From: a virus
Strand: one strand, 5' to 3'
DNA: 64,000 bases
Virus record (IMG/VR): IMGVR_UViG_3300021963_004264
Location: 9,955-73,954 of that record
Shown here: positions 9,405 to 18,277 of the stretch, in pieces
How positions within the stretch are numbered: position 1 is the first letter of the stretch
Layout: each line of letters starts with the position of its first letter
Made by a program: the position numbers and the translations under genes
Notes under the pieces: model-generated
What the model was told of the DNA's origin: nothing
The model's input: the letters and a program-made list of their open reading frames with translations, nothing else
Databases searched by the model: none

Positions 9405-9719
9405 AGTAGACCAAAGCCAGAAGTGCTGCTAGAAGCATTGAATAAAACTACCTATAAAGCTGAGCAGGTTCTTGTTGCCGATGCTATTTACAGCGTGTTT
9501 TATTTAGGTAAACCTATTAACTTACGTATTATACATACTTTGGTTAATTACCCAGGACCTAAATATAAAAAAGTAAGTTTTAGCAATCCAGGACATGCAT
9601 TTAATTTAGCTGAAAGATTAAACAAAATTTTTCAAACTAAAGAGTTTGTTGTGGTGCGTATGACCCATGGTGAAGCTGTCAATGAACAGGATATTTTAGC
9701 ACTAACGCACAAAGAATAA
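9402..9719 (+). CDS. Hypothetical phage protein
   Basis: AAGGAG RBS; MSRPKP...YPGPKYKKVSFSNPGHAFNLA. Confidence 0.8.
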   Translation: MSRPKPEVLLEALNKTTYKAEQVLVADAIYSVFYLGKPINLRIIHTLVNYPGPKYKKVSFSNPGHAFNLAERLNKIFQTKEFVVVRMTHGEAVNEQDILALTHKE

Positions 9720-9742
9720 TAAATATCTATGAGGCTAGATTT

Positions 9743-10138
9743 ATGGCAACACAAGTTAGTTTTCATGAACAACTGTTAGCTAAAATTGAAAAAGATGTAT
9801 TAGACTCTTTACAAACAAACAATCTATTTCCTACAAATTACTCAAAGGACGAAATCTTCAGAACTGTTTTTGCAAATTATCGCGTAGTTTCTGGAAGCCC
9901 TGAAGGTCTTCGTCTAACGAATTTTGGCAACAAAGTTCTATCCAAACATTTCGACTTTTATAAGTATCCCATTCAAGATGAAATTAATAATTTTGTCTTC
10001 GTAACTCTTGACAAATCCATGCGTTGGCCTTATTATTTAGGTACTAGGAGTAATTATATCGTATTCTACAGCGAAGAGGATGCGGCCTGGTTTAGATTAA
10101 ACGGAAACAGTATAAAAAGGTATGTAGAAAGCATTTAA
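9743..10138 (+). CDS. Hypothetical phage protein
   Basis: TAAATA 9720-25 and GAGG RBS; GLRLT..G motif. Confidence 0.7.
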   Translation: MATQVSFHEQLLAKIEKDVLDSLQTNNLFPTNYSKDEIFRTVFANYRVVSGSPEGLRLTNFGNKVLSKHFDFYKYPIQDEINNFVFVTLDKSMRWPYYLGTRSNYIVFYSEEDAAWFRLNGNSIKRYVESI

Positions 10139-10144
10139 GTTATT

Positions 10145-10651
10145 ATGGACACATTGGTTTTAAACAAAGACGCACAGCCAATCAGCATTCTTCCGCTGAG
10201 CGCAGTCGGCTGGCAAGAAGCTATCAAGTATATGTGGCTCGACAGAGTTCATGTACTCGAATGGTATGACGACTGGATTGTTCGCAGTCCAAGTTGGGAA
10301 ACTCGTGTGCCTGCCGTAATGATGGTTAAGGATTATGTAAAGAATAAAAAGTACCCACGTTTCAGCAAGTACAATGTTACTCTACGTGACCGCTTCACAT
10401 GCCAATATTGCGAAACTCATGTTGGTACAAACACAGTAACAATGGATCACGTGTTACCAATTAGCCGAGGCGGTAAGACATGTTGGGAAAACATTGTCGC
10501 GGCATGCGGTCCTTGCAACAGTAAAAAAGGTAGTGATATGCATATGAAACCTATATGTGAGCCGTACAAGCCTAGTTATTACGAATTAGCTAATATTCGT
10601 AAGACTCTACCTTTTGATATGCGTCACCCTAGCTGGAAAGACTATCTATGA
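10145..10651 (+). CDS. HNH endonuclease (McrA-like)
   Basis: RDRFTCQYC, TMDHVLPISRGG, WENIVAACGPCNSKKG. Confidence 0.92.
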   Translation: MDTLVLNKDAQPISILPLSAVGWQEAIKYMWLDRVHVLEWYDDWIVRSPSWETRVPAVMMVKDYVKNKKYPRFSKYNVTLRDRFTCQYCETHVGTNTVTMDHVLPISRGGKTCWENIVAACGPCNSKKGSDMHMKPICEPYKPSYYELANIRKTLPFDMRHPSWKDYL

Positions 10652-11040
10652 ACGACAATGACAACATTGTAAAGTTTCCTACCAAAGAACGTAAGAGTAG
10701 TGTTACAAAGGAAAGGACTCAAAAGATTAATGACTTTTCGAGTTCTTTCACTCCCTCTTATAATCTAAATAGTATGTCAGTTACTATGTCAGGTTTTGAT
10801 AAATGGATACCGCCTTTGTTCAATGAGGATACAATTAGTTTTGCTAATTTAAACAACTCAAATTGGTGTCCTTCTTTTGGACCAACTGACACCAACCTTC
10901 TAACATCTATTGTTGATCGTTGCGCGGCAATTCAAAAGCAATGTATTACAGCAGGTTCCAATCAGGAAACAATTGCACTACAGCACGTTTTGGATAAACT
11001 TGACGAAGCATTATTGCTCTCCAAAATTTCTTCAAAATAA
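10648..11040 (+). CDS. Hypothetical protein
   Basis: ATGA overlap with HNH gene; N-terminal NIVKFP. Confidence 0.6.
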   Translation: MNDNDNIVKFPTKERKSSVTKERTQKINDFSSSFTPSYNLNSMSVTMSGFDKWIPPLFNEDTISFANLNNSNWCPSFGPTDTNLLTSIVDRCAAIQKQCITAGSNQETIALQHVLDKLDEALLLSKISSK

Positions 11041-11052
11041 TTTAAAAAAGAC

Positions 11053-11080
11053 TTGACTTTGTCTTGCATTAGTGTATAAT
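11053..11080 (+). promoter_or_regulatory. sigma70-type promoter
   Basis: TTGACT 11053-58, 16-bp spacer, TATAAT 11075-80, A-tract upstream. Confidence 0.75.
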
Positions 11081-11137
11081 GTATATATGTTGCAGACTAA
11101 CAGACTGCACATAACTTTAAAAAGAGGTGACAATAAC

Positions 11138-11407
11138 ATGTCTAATACAAATACTGTAACTAAAGAGAACCGTGTTCTCGAAGCACTTCGTGCTAACTCA
11201 CGTGGTCTTACCGCCGCTCAGATTGAAAGCCAGTTTGGTGTAGGTAACGCTCGTTCAACTGTATCAGCACTTCGCATGAAGGGTTTCGCAATCTATGCAA
11301 ACCAGCATACTGATACAAAGGGTCGTACTAAGACTTTCTATCGTCTAGGTACACCAAGCCGCGCAGTTGTTGCTGCCGGTTATCGTGCGCTCGCACAGGG
11401 TCTCTAA
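11138..11407 (+). CDS. Small basic winged-HTH DNA-binding protein
   Basis: AGAGGTG RBS; LTAAQI..FGV.NARSTVSALRMKGFAI...YRLG; strongly biased codons (CGT/GGT/GCT) suggest high expression. Confidence 0.75.
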   Translation: MSNTNTVTKENRVLEALRANSRGLTAAQIESQFGVGNARSTVSALRMKGFAIYANQHTDTKGRTKTFYRLGTPSRAVVAAGYRALAQGL

Positions 11408-11446
11408 GACCTACTAAACCTTAGTTCTCCTAATAACAAAAGGTTT

Positions 11447-11477
11447 GAAAAGGCACGGCAACGTGCCTTTTCTTTTG
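11447..11477 (+). terminator. Rho-independent terminator
   Basis: GAAAAGGCACG-GCAA-CGTGCCTTTTC followed by TTTT. Confidence 0.9.
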
Positions 11478-11508
11478 ACTTTAATATCTGTAACTATTAA
11501 ATAGTTGT

Positions 11509-12348
11509 ATGAAAAGACTTTTTGCATTTGGTTGTAGTTTAACATATTATTCGTGGCCTACTTGGGCTGATTTAATCGGTGCCAACTTCGATGATTATTA
11601 TAATTTTGGTGTAATGGGAATGGGTAATCAGTTTATCCAGCATACTATTTACGAAGCTAACAGTATTTTTGATTTTACCGAAGATGATACTGTGCTTGTT
11701 ATGTTTACTAATCCTTTTAGAAATGATTCGTTCATTGCAGATACTCAGGATAATCAGTTACGTTGGCAATCGCGAGGCTTTATATATCAACCTTCTAATG
11801 AAGGCATTTATACGGAACAATGGCAACAACAATTTTGGTCTCCGGAGCAAAGCTATATGAATATGTGGCTCGCAATGAAATCTGTTAAACAATTACTTGA
11901 CGCTAAAAAAGTTGCTTATAAGTTTTTGCCAGGTATTAGTTTTCAAAACACAGAAGAAACTGGCCCGTTAGATGTTACAAATCACAGTTTTATTACTCCA
12001 TACTTTGAACAAATTAAAGCTATGTTTAATGTTGATATACCTTTGTTAGAGTGGTCAAGGAAAAACTTCAATGATAATGACTTCTATACATTTAATGATG
12101 TAGGCACAGACCAGCATCCTACCATTAAAATGCATGGATTGTATGCTTTAAAATATCTACATGAATTTTGCAACGAAAACACGCTAAAATACATTGATCT
12201 TCTACATAACAGTATTGATCTTTCCAGTCAAGAAGCAAATTGGCAAAATGACGAGTTTTCACGTATTAGAGGCAAAAAAGCAGGTTCCGTGTGTAACTGG
12301 CAATATATGGTAACAAACAAAGTGGGTAGCGAGTCATTTAAAACCTGA
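11509..12348 (+). CDS. SGNH/GDSL-like protein (GCS variant)
   Basis: AFGCSLT, NFGVMGMGN, C-terminal DQHPTIKMH. Confidence 0.55.
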   Translation: MKRLFAFGCSLTYYSWPTWADLIGANFDDYYNFGVMGMGNQFIQHTIYEANSIFDFTEDDTVLVMFTNPFRNDSFIADTQDNQLRWQSRGFIYQPSNEGIYTEQWQQQFWSPEQSYMNMWLAMKSVKQLLDAKKVAYKFLPGISFQNTEETGPLDVTNHSFITPYFEQIKAMFNVDIPLLEWSRKNFNDNDFYTFNDVGTDQHPTIKMHGLYALKYLHEFCNENTLKYIDLLHNSIDLSSQEANWQNDEFSRIRGKKAGSVCNWQYMVTNKVGSESFKT

Positions 12349-12389
12349 TAAATATTAGTACAGACCCAAAAGCACACTTACAGGAGAGC

Positions 12390-12854
12390 GTGATGTTTGA
12401 AGTAACAATCGTTGGTAAGGTGGAACACAAACGCTACTTGAAACGGTACGCTAAGGACATTCTGTATCATTTTTTTAAGGACAGAATAAAGCGTACAGTA
12501 CCTATTACAATTAAAGTAGTCGATTATTTAGACGGAGATTGGGGATGGTGTTATGGGACCAGATCCGAAGTCACAATAGAATTAGCTAGGGCTGTTAAAG
12601 GCAAGAAAAACAGAAAGCGACGAACACGTCGAGACCAGCTAATAGAAACATTAGCACACGAACTCATACATGCTAAACAATTTATTAGGGGCGAAATAAA
12701 TCAACGTAACCTTATTTGGCGAGGTCAACGTGGTCCATATGATTGTAGACGTTTAGCATATCGTAAAACACCTTGGGAAAAGGAAGCCTTTGGCCAGGAA
12801 AAAGAATTAAAACAAATCTACTGGGATAAACATTATAAACACTTTATAAAGTAG
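12390..12854 (+). CDS. Zincin-like metallopeptidase
   Basis: TLAHELIHAKQ (HExxH), PWEKEA; AGGAG RBS; TAAATA 12349-54. Confidence 0.7.
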   Translation: MMFEVTIVGKVEHKRYLKRYAKDILYHFFKDRIKRTVPITIKVVDYLDGDWGWCYGTRSEVTIELARAVKGKKNRKRRTRRDQLIETLAHELIHAKQFIRGEINQRNLIWRGQRGPYDCRRLAYRKTPWEKEAFGQEKELKQIYWDKHYKHFIK

Positions 12855-12861
12855 GTATTTA

Positions 12862-13560
12862 ATGAACGCTCAAGGTTGGTTCCCCACATTGATATGTGAT
12901 TTTGAAAGCCAGACACACGATCAATTCAAAACTGCATTTTACAATAATATGTCAAAATATGTTCATCCCGAAGGACTAGATGGAGAACATGCTGATCTTT
13001 TTTTCCACCATAATCCTGAACTTGAATTTTTCTTTAAGGAAATAACCGATTTTGCAAAACAATATTTGGTTGCTATGGAACTTGATCCAGAAGAATGGGA
13101 TTTTAATTTAGTTAAGTGTTGGTGGCAAAGTGTTAAAAATAATAATATTCCTATGCACAATCACAGTGATGCACATTTATCATTTGTGTATTATGCAAAT
13201 GTACCACCCGAATCAGGTAATCTAATTTTTCAAACACCTACCGATTACATAAACGATTTAACAAAAGGTTTATTTCTAGATGATTATGAAAAAAAATTAC
13301 CAATAAAAAAATACAATCTTTTTAATTCAATGTCTGTTGCGTATGAAGCAAAAGAAGGTAAGGTAATTATATTTCCTGCAAGATTAGATCATATGACTAC
13401 ACCTATGATGGTTAATACTGCCGACAAACAAACAACAGATGTTGACGTTATCAAAAAACGTCGAATTAGTATAGCAGGCGATTTTTTACTAACATTTAAA
13501 AAACCAAAACATACTGCTATGGGTCTACAACCAGTAAATTGCTGGCGAAATTTTGGCTAA
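12862..13560 (+). CDS. 2OG-Fe(II) oxygenase-like protein
   Basis: PMHNHSDAHLSFVYY, EGKVIIFPARLDH, RISIAGD. Confidence 0.8.
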   Translation: MNAQGWFPTLICDFESQTHDQFKTAFYNNMSKYVHPEGLDGEHADLFFHHNPELEFFFKEITDFAKQYLVAMELDPEEWDFNLVKCWWQSVKNNNIPMHNHSDAHLSFVYYANVPPESGNLIFQTPTDYINDLTKGLFLDDYEKKLPIKKYNLFNSMSVAYEAKEGKVIIFPARLDHMTTPMMVNTADKQTTDVDVIKKRRISIAGDFLLTFKKPKHTAMGLQPVNCWRNFG

Positions 13561-13566
13561 AAACAC

Positions 13567-13651
13567 TGTAAGTTGTTGATTTACAACAGCTTTTTTGTAG
13601 CAAAAAAACAACAAAAAAGTGGTTGACAAACGGGTATGTTTAACGTATACT
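13567..13651 (+). promoter_or_regulatory. IHF-box + sigma70 early promoter
   Basis: TAAGTTGTTGATT (reverse complement AATCAACAACTTA = WATCAANNNNTTR) at 13569-81; TTGACA 13623-28, 17-bp spacer, TATACT 13646-51. Confidence 0.8.
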
Positions 13652-13683
13652 CATATATGTAGTTAGGAAAAAGTAACGCATAT

Positions 13684-13992
13684 ATGTCCTCAAAACAAAA
13701 CATGACTGCAATTATCTACGATAAGCGTGGTAAAGTTGTTTCTATTGGACAAAACAGTTATGTAAAAACTCATCCTCTACAAGCGAAGTATGCTGCCTTA
13801 GCCGGTATGCCCGACAGGCAATTTCTTCATGCAGAGATCCATGCTATTGTAAAATGTAAGGATCTTACTAAGGCCCACAAGATTTTTGTGTCACGCTGGG
13901 ATCGTAAGGGTCAACCTGCTCTTGCTAAACCTTGTCCGGTTTGCATAAGCGCCATTGAAGCCGCAGGCATCGAAATTATTGAACATACCTAA
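13684..13992 (+). CDS. Small cytidine/dCMP deaminase-fold protein
   Basis: LHAEIHAI and AKPCPVC Zn motifs. Confidence 0.8.
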   Translation: MSSKQNMTAIIYDKRGKVVSIGQNSYVKTHPLQAKYAALAGMPDRQFLHAEIHAIVKCKDLTKAHKIFVSRWDRKGQPALAKPCPVCISAIEAAGIEIIEHT

Positions 13993-14029
13993 AAAAAGTG
14001 GTTGACAATAGTGCTAAAGATGCTATTAT
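13992..14029 (+). promoter_or_regulatory. sigma70 early promoter
   Basis: AAAAAAGTGGTTGACAA identical to 13613-13629; TTGACA 14002-07; TG-C-TATTAT extended -10 (14021-29). Confidence 0.8.
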
Positions 14030-14065
14030 TAATATGTAGGTAATAGAAATAAGGAGTAACTTACA

Positions 14066-15172
14066 ATGGATACACTAACTGTAAAGCCCAGTCAAGTTAA
14101 GAGTGTTGCGCTTCGTGCAATGCTTGCAAATCGTCCTCTGTTTATTTGGGGTCCTCCCGGTATTGGTAAGAGTGAACTTGTTCAAGGTATCGCCGCTAGC
14201 GGCTCGCTAGGTAATGCCCTAGTAATTGACCTTCGTCTTGCTCTGCTTGAGCCCACAGACTTGCGTGGCTACCCCTTCCGTAATCCAGAGACTAATACAA
14301 TGGATTGGTCTCCGCCGCAGGATCTTCCCAGCGAAGAACTTGCCGCACAATACGATACAATTATCCTGTTCCTAGACGAGCTTAACAGTGCTCCGCCTAG
14401 TGTGCAGGCCGCGGCATATCAGCTTGTACTTAACCGCCGCATCGGCCAGTATGTTCTTCCTAAGAACGTTAAGATTATTGCCGCAGGTAACCGTGAAACT
14501 GACCGCGGTGTTACGTTCCGTATGCCTGCTCCGTTGGCTAACCGCTTCCGTCACATTAACATGGCAGTAGACTTTGGTGACTGGCAACGTTGGGCTATTA
14601 ATAACGATATCCACCCGGACGTTATTGGTTACCTTTCCTATGCCAAGCAGGACTTGTTTGACTTCGATCCTAAGACCAGTAGCCAAGCATTTGCTACTCC
14701 TCGTTCGTGGTCATACGTTAGCGAGATCCTTTCTACGCTAGGTTTTGAAGGTGCAGAAATTTTTGAACAGAAGGCAGAAATTGCCGGTGCTGTTGGTGAA
14801 GGTATGGCGGGTAAGTTTGTTGAACACCGCCGTATTGCTAGCCACTTGCCTAAGCCAGAAGACATCCTTGCCGGTAAGGTTAAGAAGTTGGACAATAAGT
14901 TGAGCCAAGAAATTTCCGCTAAGTACAGTCTTGTTGTTGGTATGACATATGAGATCAACCAGCTCTATAAGGAAAATGGTACTGGTGGAGACTTTAAGAA
15001 GTGCTTCAACAATGCCGTAGCATTTTCCTACGATAACTTTGAACCTGAAATGGTAGTGTTGTTTTTCAAAACTATTATGACAGACTATGGAATTAAGTTC
15101 AATATCCGCACAGATTTGGATAAAGAACTTTACAAAATCTTCTCTGAGCGTTATACCAAGTATATCGCTTGA
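14066..15172 (+). CDS. MoxR-like AAA+ ATPase
   Basis: Walker A GPPGIGKS, Walker B LFLDELN, AAGN, PLANRF, TPRSW. Confidence 0.9.
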   Translation: MDTLTVKPSQVKSVALRAMLANRPLFIWGPPGIGKSELVQGIAASGSLGNALVIDLRLALLEPTDLRGYPFRNPETNTMDWSPPQDLPSEELAAQYDTIILFLDELNSAPPSVQAAAYQLVLNRRIGQYVLPKNVKIIAAGNRETDRGVTFRMPAPLANRFRHINMAVDFGDWQRWAINNDIHPDVIGYLSYAKQDLFDFDPKTSSQAFATPRSWSYVSEILSTLGFEGAEIFEQKAEIAGAVGEGMAGKFVEHRRIASHLPKPEDILAGKVKKLDNKLSQEISAKYSLVVGMTYEINQLYKENGTGGDFKKCFNNAVAFSYDNFEPEMVVLFFKTIMTDYGIKFNIRTDLDKELYKIFSERYTKYIA

Positions 15173-15179
15173 GGAAGAT

Positions 15180-15255
15180 AGGGTTGAGCCATCCTACCTT
15201 GTTACTCCCTACCTACAGCTCAATCCTTAACGAACCCCCCGGAAACGGGGGGTTC
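15180..15255 (+). ncRNA. Candidate 3'-UTR small RNA: anti-SD loop hairpin plus GAAA-tetraloop hairpin
   Basis: 10-bp stem 15180-89/15218-27 with a 28-nt C/U-rich loop containing TGTTACTCC; then GAACCCCCCG-GAAA-CGGGGGGTTC. Confidence 0.5.
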
Positions 15256-15261
15256 ACCTTA

Positions 15262-15333
15262 TGTAAGTTGTTGATTTACAACGGAAAAATAGGTAGTTTT
15301 TCCAGTTGACAAACCCTCTATTTCGTGTATAAT
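15262..15333 (+). promoter_or_regulatory. IHF-box + sigma70 early promoter
   Basis: 21-bp TGTAAGTTGTTGATTTACAAC identical to 13567-87; TTGACA 15306-11, TATAAT 15328-33. Confidence 0.8.
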
Positions 15334-15363
15334 ATAAGTATAGTAAGAAGGATGGAGTAACAG

Positions 15364-16647
15364 ATGAGTACCGATACAGCAAAGCGTCAAAGCAAGACTA
15401 ACAAGCCTATCCCAGAGACCAAAAAAACTTCTGCTCAAGTAGAAGATGTGCTCATTAAGGCTCGTATTCAAATGCTAATTAGTGCTCCGTTTTTTGGCAA
15501 CCTAGCTACTCGTTTGCGTTTTAAGGACGCAACAGAGTGGCTTTCCACACTTGCCACAGACGGACGTTATTTTTATTACAACCGCAACTTTGTTGACGCA
15601 ATGGCGTTTGATGAGGTTGTGTTCGGCATGGGTCACGAAGTTCTCCATTGTGTTTACGACCACATGGATAAGAAGCGTTTAGGCAATCGTGATCCACGTC
15701 TTTGGAACATTGCTAACGATTACGTTATCAACGCAGACCTAGTTGAAGCTAAGATTGGTGAGCAGATTAAGCTCGTTGACATTTGCTTTGATTGGAAGTA
15801 TCGCGGTAAGATGTCAGAAGAGATTTATGACGATCTATTCCAGAAGGCAGTTAACGAAGGTCGTGTTATTACAGTAGAAGCATTTGATGAGCATATCTAC
15901 CGTGATGATGACGGCGACGACGAAGGTACGGGCGAAGGCGAGGGTAACGATGGATCTAAAGGTCCTGTGCGTTACACTAAGGCAGAGAAGGATCAGATCA
16001 AGCAGGACTTCCAGAATGCTGTGATTCAGAGTGCTAAGGCAGCAGGCGCCGGTAACTTGCCAGGTGGTGTAAAGCGTCTTGTAGACAAGTTGCTTAACCC
16101 ACAGTTGAGCTGGCGTGAACTGTTGCCAATGCAGATCCAAAGTGTTATTAAGAGCGACTATACTTACATGCGTCCAAGCCGCAAGGGTTTAGATGCTGGC
16201 TTCTACTTGCCAGGTATGGATCGCGAACAGACTATTGATGTTGCTATTGCTATTGACACGTCAGGTTCTATTAGCAACGATATGCTAGTAGACTTCCTTA
16301 GCGAAGTACACGGCATTATGAGTCAGTACAATGATTTTAAGATTCATATTTGGTGTTTTGATACCGCAGTACATAACCCTGTGCTAATTACTGCTGACAC
16401 TGCTAATGATCTACTTACGTATGAAATTGGTGGCGGTGGCGGTACCGACTTTGACGTAAACTTTGAATACATGAAGGAGCAAGGTATTGTTCCTAAGAAG
16501 TTTATTATGTTTACAGATGGTTATCCTTGGAACAGTTGGGGTGATGAGAACTACTGTGACAGCCTGTTTATTGTGCATGGTGGTGACGGTGGCAATACAC
16601 CAACCGCACCATTCGGTATTACAGTCCCGTATACAAGGGCCGCTTAA
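15364..16647 (+). CDS. Metallopeptidase-vWA domain protein (DUF2201-like), MoxR partner
   Basis: TLATDG, GHEVLH (HExxH), WNIANDY, MIDAS IDTSGS, GGGGTDF, FTDG. Confidence 0.88.
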   Translation: MSTDTAKRQSKTNKPIPETKKTSAQVEDVLIKARIQMLISAPFFGNLATRLRFKDATEWLSTLATDGRYFYYNRNFVDAMAFDEVVFGMGHEVLHCVYDHMDKKRLGNRDPRLWNIANDYVINADLVEAKIGEQIKLVDICFDWKYRGKMSEEIYDDLFQKAVNEGRVITVEAFDEHIYRDDDGDDEGTGEGEGNDGSKGPVRYTKAEKDQIKQDFQNAVIQSAKAAGAGNLPGGVKRLVDKLLNPQLSWRELLPMQIQSVIKSDYTYMRPSRKGLDAGFYLPGMDREQTIDVAIAIDTSGSISNDMLVDFLSEVHGIMSQYNDFKIHIWCFDTAVHNPVLITADTANDLLTYEIGGGGGTDFDVNFEYMKEQGIVPKKFIMFTDGYPWNSWGDENYCDSLFIVHGGDGGNTPTAPFGITVPYTRAA

Positions 16648-16652
16648 GGAGT

Positions 16653-16922
16653 ATGAAAGTGTCTAGGAAGTTAGATCAAATTGAGTTTGAGCTATTAGGT
16701 AGCACCGATTTCATGGTCCACCTAGTTAGAAATAGTCGCAAAGTAATTGGTATCTCAACAGATATCCTTGAACAGCTCTATGACTATTTGGATACACATG
16801 CTAAAGGTCTATACTATGTACGGGCTGATGAAAATAAAGTTATAGTCTATTTTGAAGATGTGATAGACAGAGAAAATGTAGATAATTTTTTGCGCCAGTT
16901 TTCTGACGAAGAAATTTATTAA
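16653..16922 (+). CDS. Hypothetical protein
   Basis: AAGGAG RBS, ORF. Confidence 0.65.
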   Translation: MKVSRKLDQIEFELLGSTDFMVHLVRNSRKVIGISTDILEQLYDYLDTHAKGLYYVRADENKVIVYFEDVIDRENVDNFLRQFSDEEIY

Positions 16923-16969
16923 GAATTAAATATACATATAATATACCACATAATCAAGGAGTCTATTAT

Positions 16970-17230
16970 ATGGCAAAACAAAAGGTAAAAGAAATGTCAG
17001 AACAAGTACAAGAGACTCAGGCTGATTCAGTACCCGAGTCAATCAGTCTGCAGGATCTTCAAGTCCTACTACAGATTGTTGACCTTGCAAGTAGTCGCGG
17101 TGCTTTCCGAGGTGCAGAGTTAACACAAGTAGGTGCAATTTTTGATAAGCTCAATGCGTTCCTATCATTTATTGCAGAACAGCAAAAAGCTCGCGACGAA
17201 GAAGCAGCCAAACAGGCTGTCGAGGAGTAA
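16970..17230 (+). CDS. Hypothetical phage protein
   Basis: TAAATA 16927-32, AAGGAG RBS; IVDLASSRGAFRGAEL. Confidence 0.75.
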   Translation: MAKQKVKEMSEQVQETQADSVPESISLQDLQVLLQIVDLASSRGAFRGAELTQVGAIFDKLNAFLSFIAEQQKARDEEAAKQAVEE

Positions 17231-17234
17231 CACT

Positions 17235-17843
17235 ATGGCACAGTTAATGAAACACGTTGGTAAGTTTGGCGAAAAACCATGCATTGTTGTATTCCGTGAA
17301 CTACCAGGTGAACAAGACAATTGCTTGATTGTACAAACAGATAACTTAGAAAGCAGACAACACGACGACTTGATGAATGTTATTCAAAGTTCTGAAGCAC
17401 AGCAAGCAAACGATATCAGCGAAGTATTGTTTAGACGTCAATTCACTGACGGTAGCAATATGCTAAACACACTTCACTATGGTAAGAAGTTGCAGAAGGT
17501 TCCGGTTGGTTTAGTTCAACTAACACCTGCGCCTAACCAATCACTACCATTAGATCAAGTTAATGCAGAAATTCGTAAACTAAAGGGAGGCTATACTCCC
17601 CCAGTTAATGATCCTTCGCATCTAGGCGAAACCTCTACCAAACCAGTAAGCACAACCGAAGCAACTTCAGATACTAACGCTGAAAGCGATGTATCAGGTA
17701 TTGCAAAAACACTTCTTGCACAAGCTACTCTTATGGAAGAAGATGGTCAACGTATGCTTACAGAAGCAGAAGCTAAAAAGCAAGAAGCGTTTAGACTTGA
17801 CCCGTCTTTGAGACCACCAGGTCGTCCTAAGAAAGTTAGATAA
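17235..17843 (+). CDS. Hypothetical phage protein
   Basis: True start ATG 17235 after GAGGAGTAAC; MKHVG...VVFRELP; basic GRPKK tail. Confidence 0.75.
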   Translation: MAQLMKHVGKFGEKPCIVVFRELPGEQDNCLIVQTDNLESRQHDDLMNVIQSSEAQQANDISEVLFRRQFTDGSNMLNTLHYGKKLQKVPVGLVQLTPAPNQSLPLDQVNAEIRKLKGGYTPPVNDPSHLGETSTKPVSTTEATSDTNAESDVSGIAKTLLAQATLMEEDGQRMLTEAEAKKQEAFRLDPSLRPPGRPKKVR

Positions 17844-17877
17844 ATAATAACAATAAGTTTTTAATAGGATTATATGC

Positions 17878-18216
17878 GTGTCTCATGCACCTAGCGTTGT
17901 AATTTTAGGTAGATCAAGCAATAAAATCGATAACGAATATATCAAAAATTTAATTTCTTCAATTGACCCTGAAGGTGTTCCAGAAGAATTTATTTACAGA
18001 GTATTCGTTATCGATGAGCAAGATAACAGGTTTTTAATGCCTGAAAATTTTTATACAAAAGGTATAAAATATAACAATCTGTTTAAAACAATGAGTCGTT
18101 TCAAAACAGAACATCCAATTAAAACAGTCGAAATTGTTATCGATTTACTATCTGTAAAAGATAAGTTAGAATCTGAAGCAAACGAAATTTTTTCCCAATT
18201 ACCAAATTCAAATTAG
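17878..18216 (+). CDS. Hypothetical protein
   Basis: TAAATA 17841-46 upstream, AGGA RBS. Confidence 0.6.
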   Translation: MSHAPSVVILGRSSNKIDNEYIKNLISSIDPEGVPEEFIYRVFVIDEQDNRFLMPENFYTKGIKYNNLFKTMSRFKTEHPIKTVEIVIDLLSVKDKLESEANEIFSQLPNSN

Positions 18217-18244
18217 TTGACAATATATAACTTTGTGTTATTAT
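18217..18244 (+). promoter_or_regulatory. sigma70 promoter for the lipoprotein gene
   Basis: TTGACA 18217-22; TG-T-TATTAT extended -10 ending 18244. Confidence 0.7.
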
Positions 18245-18277
18245 AGTTATATGTTCAATTAACTGTACGGTATTTTG

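Noticed and set aside
10145-10651. HNH gene as an intron-borne homing endonuclease
   Set aside because: Free-standing; flanking genes are not interrupted and no intron structure was recognised
15259-15471. 70-aa minus-strand ORF
   Set aside because: Overlaps the IHF box, promoter and vWA start; better explained as regulatory DNA
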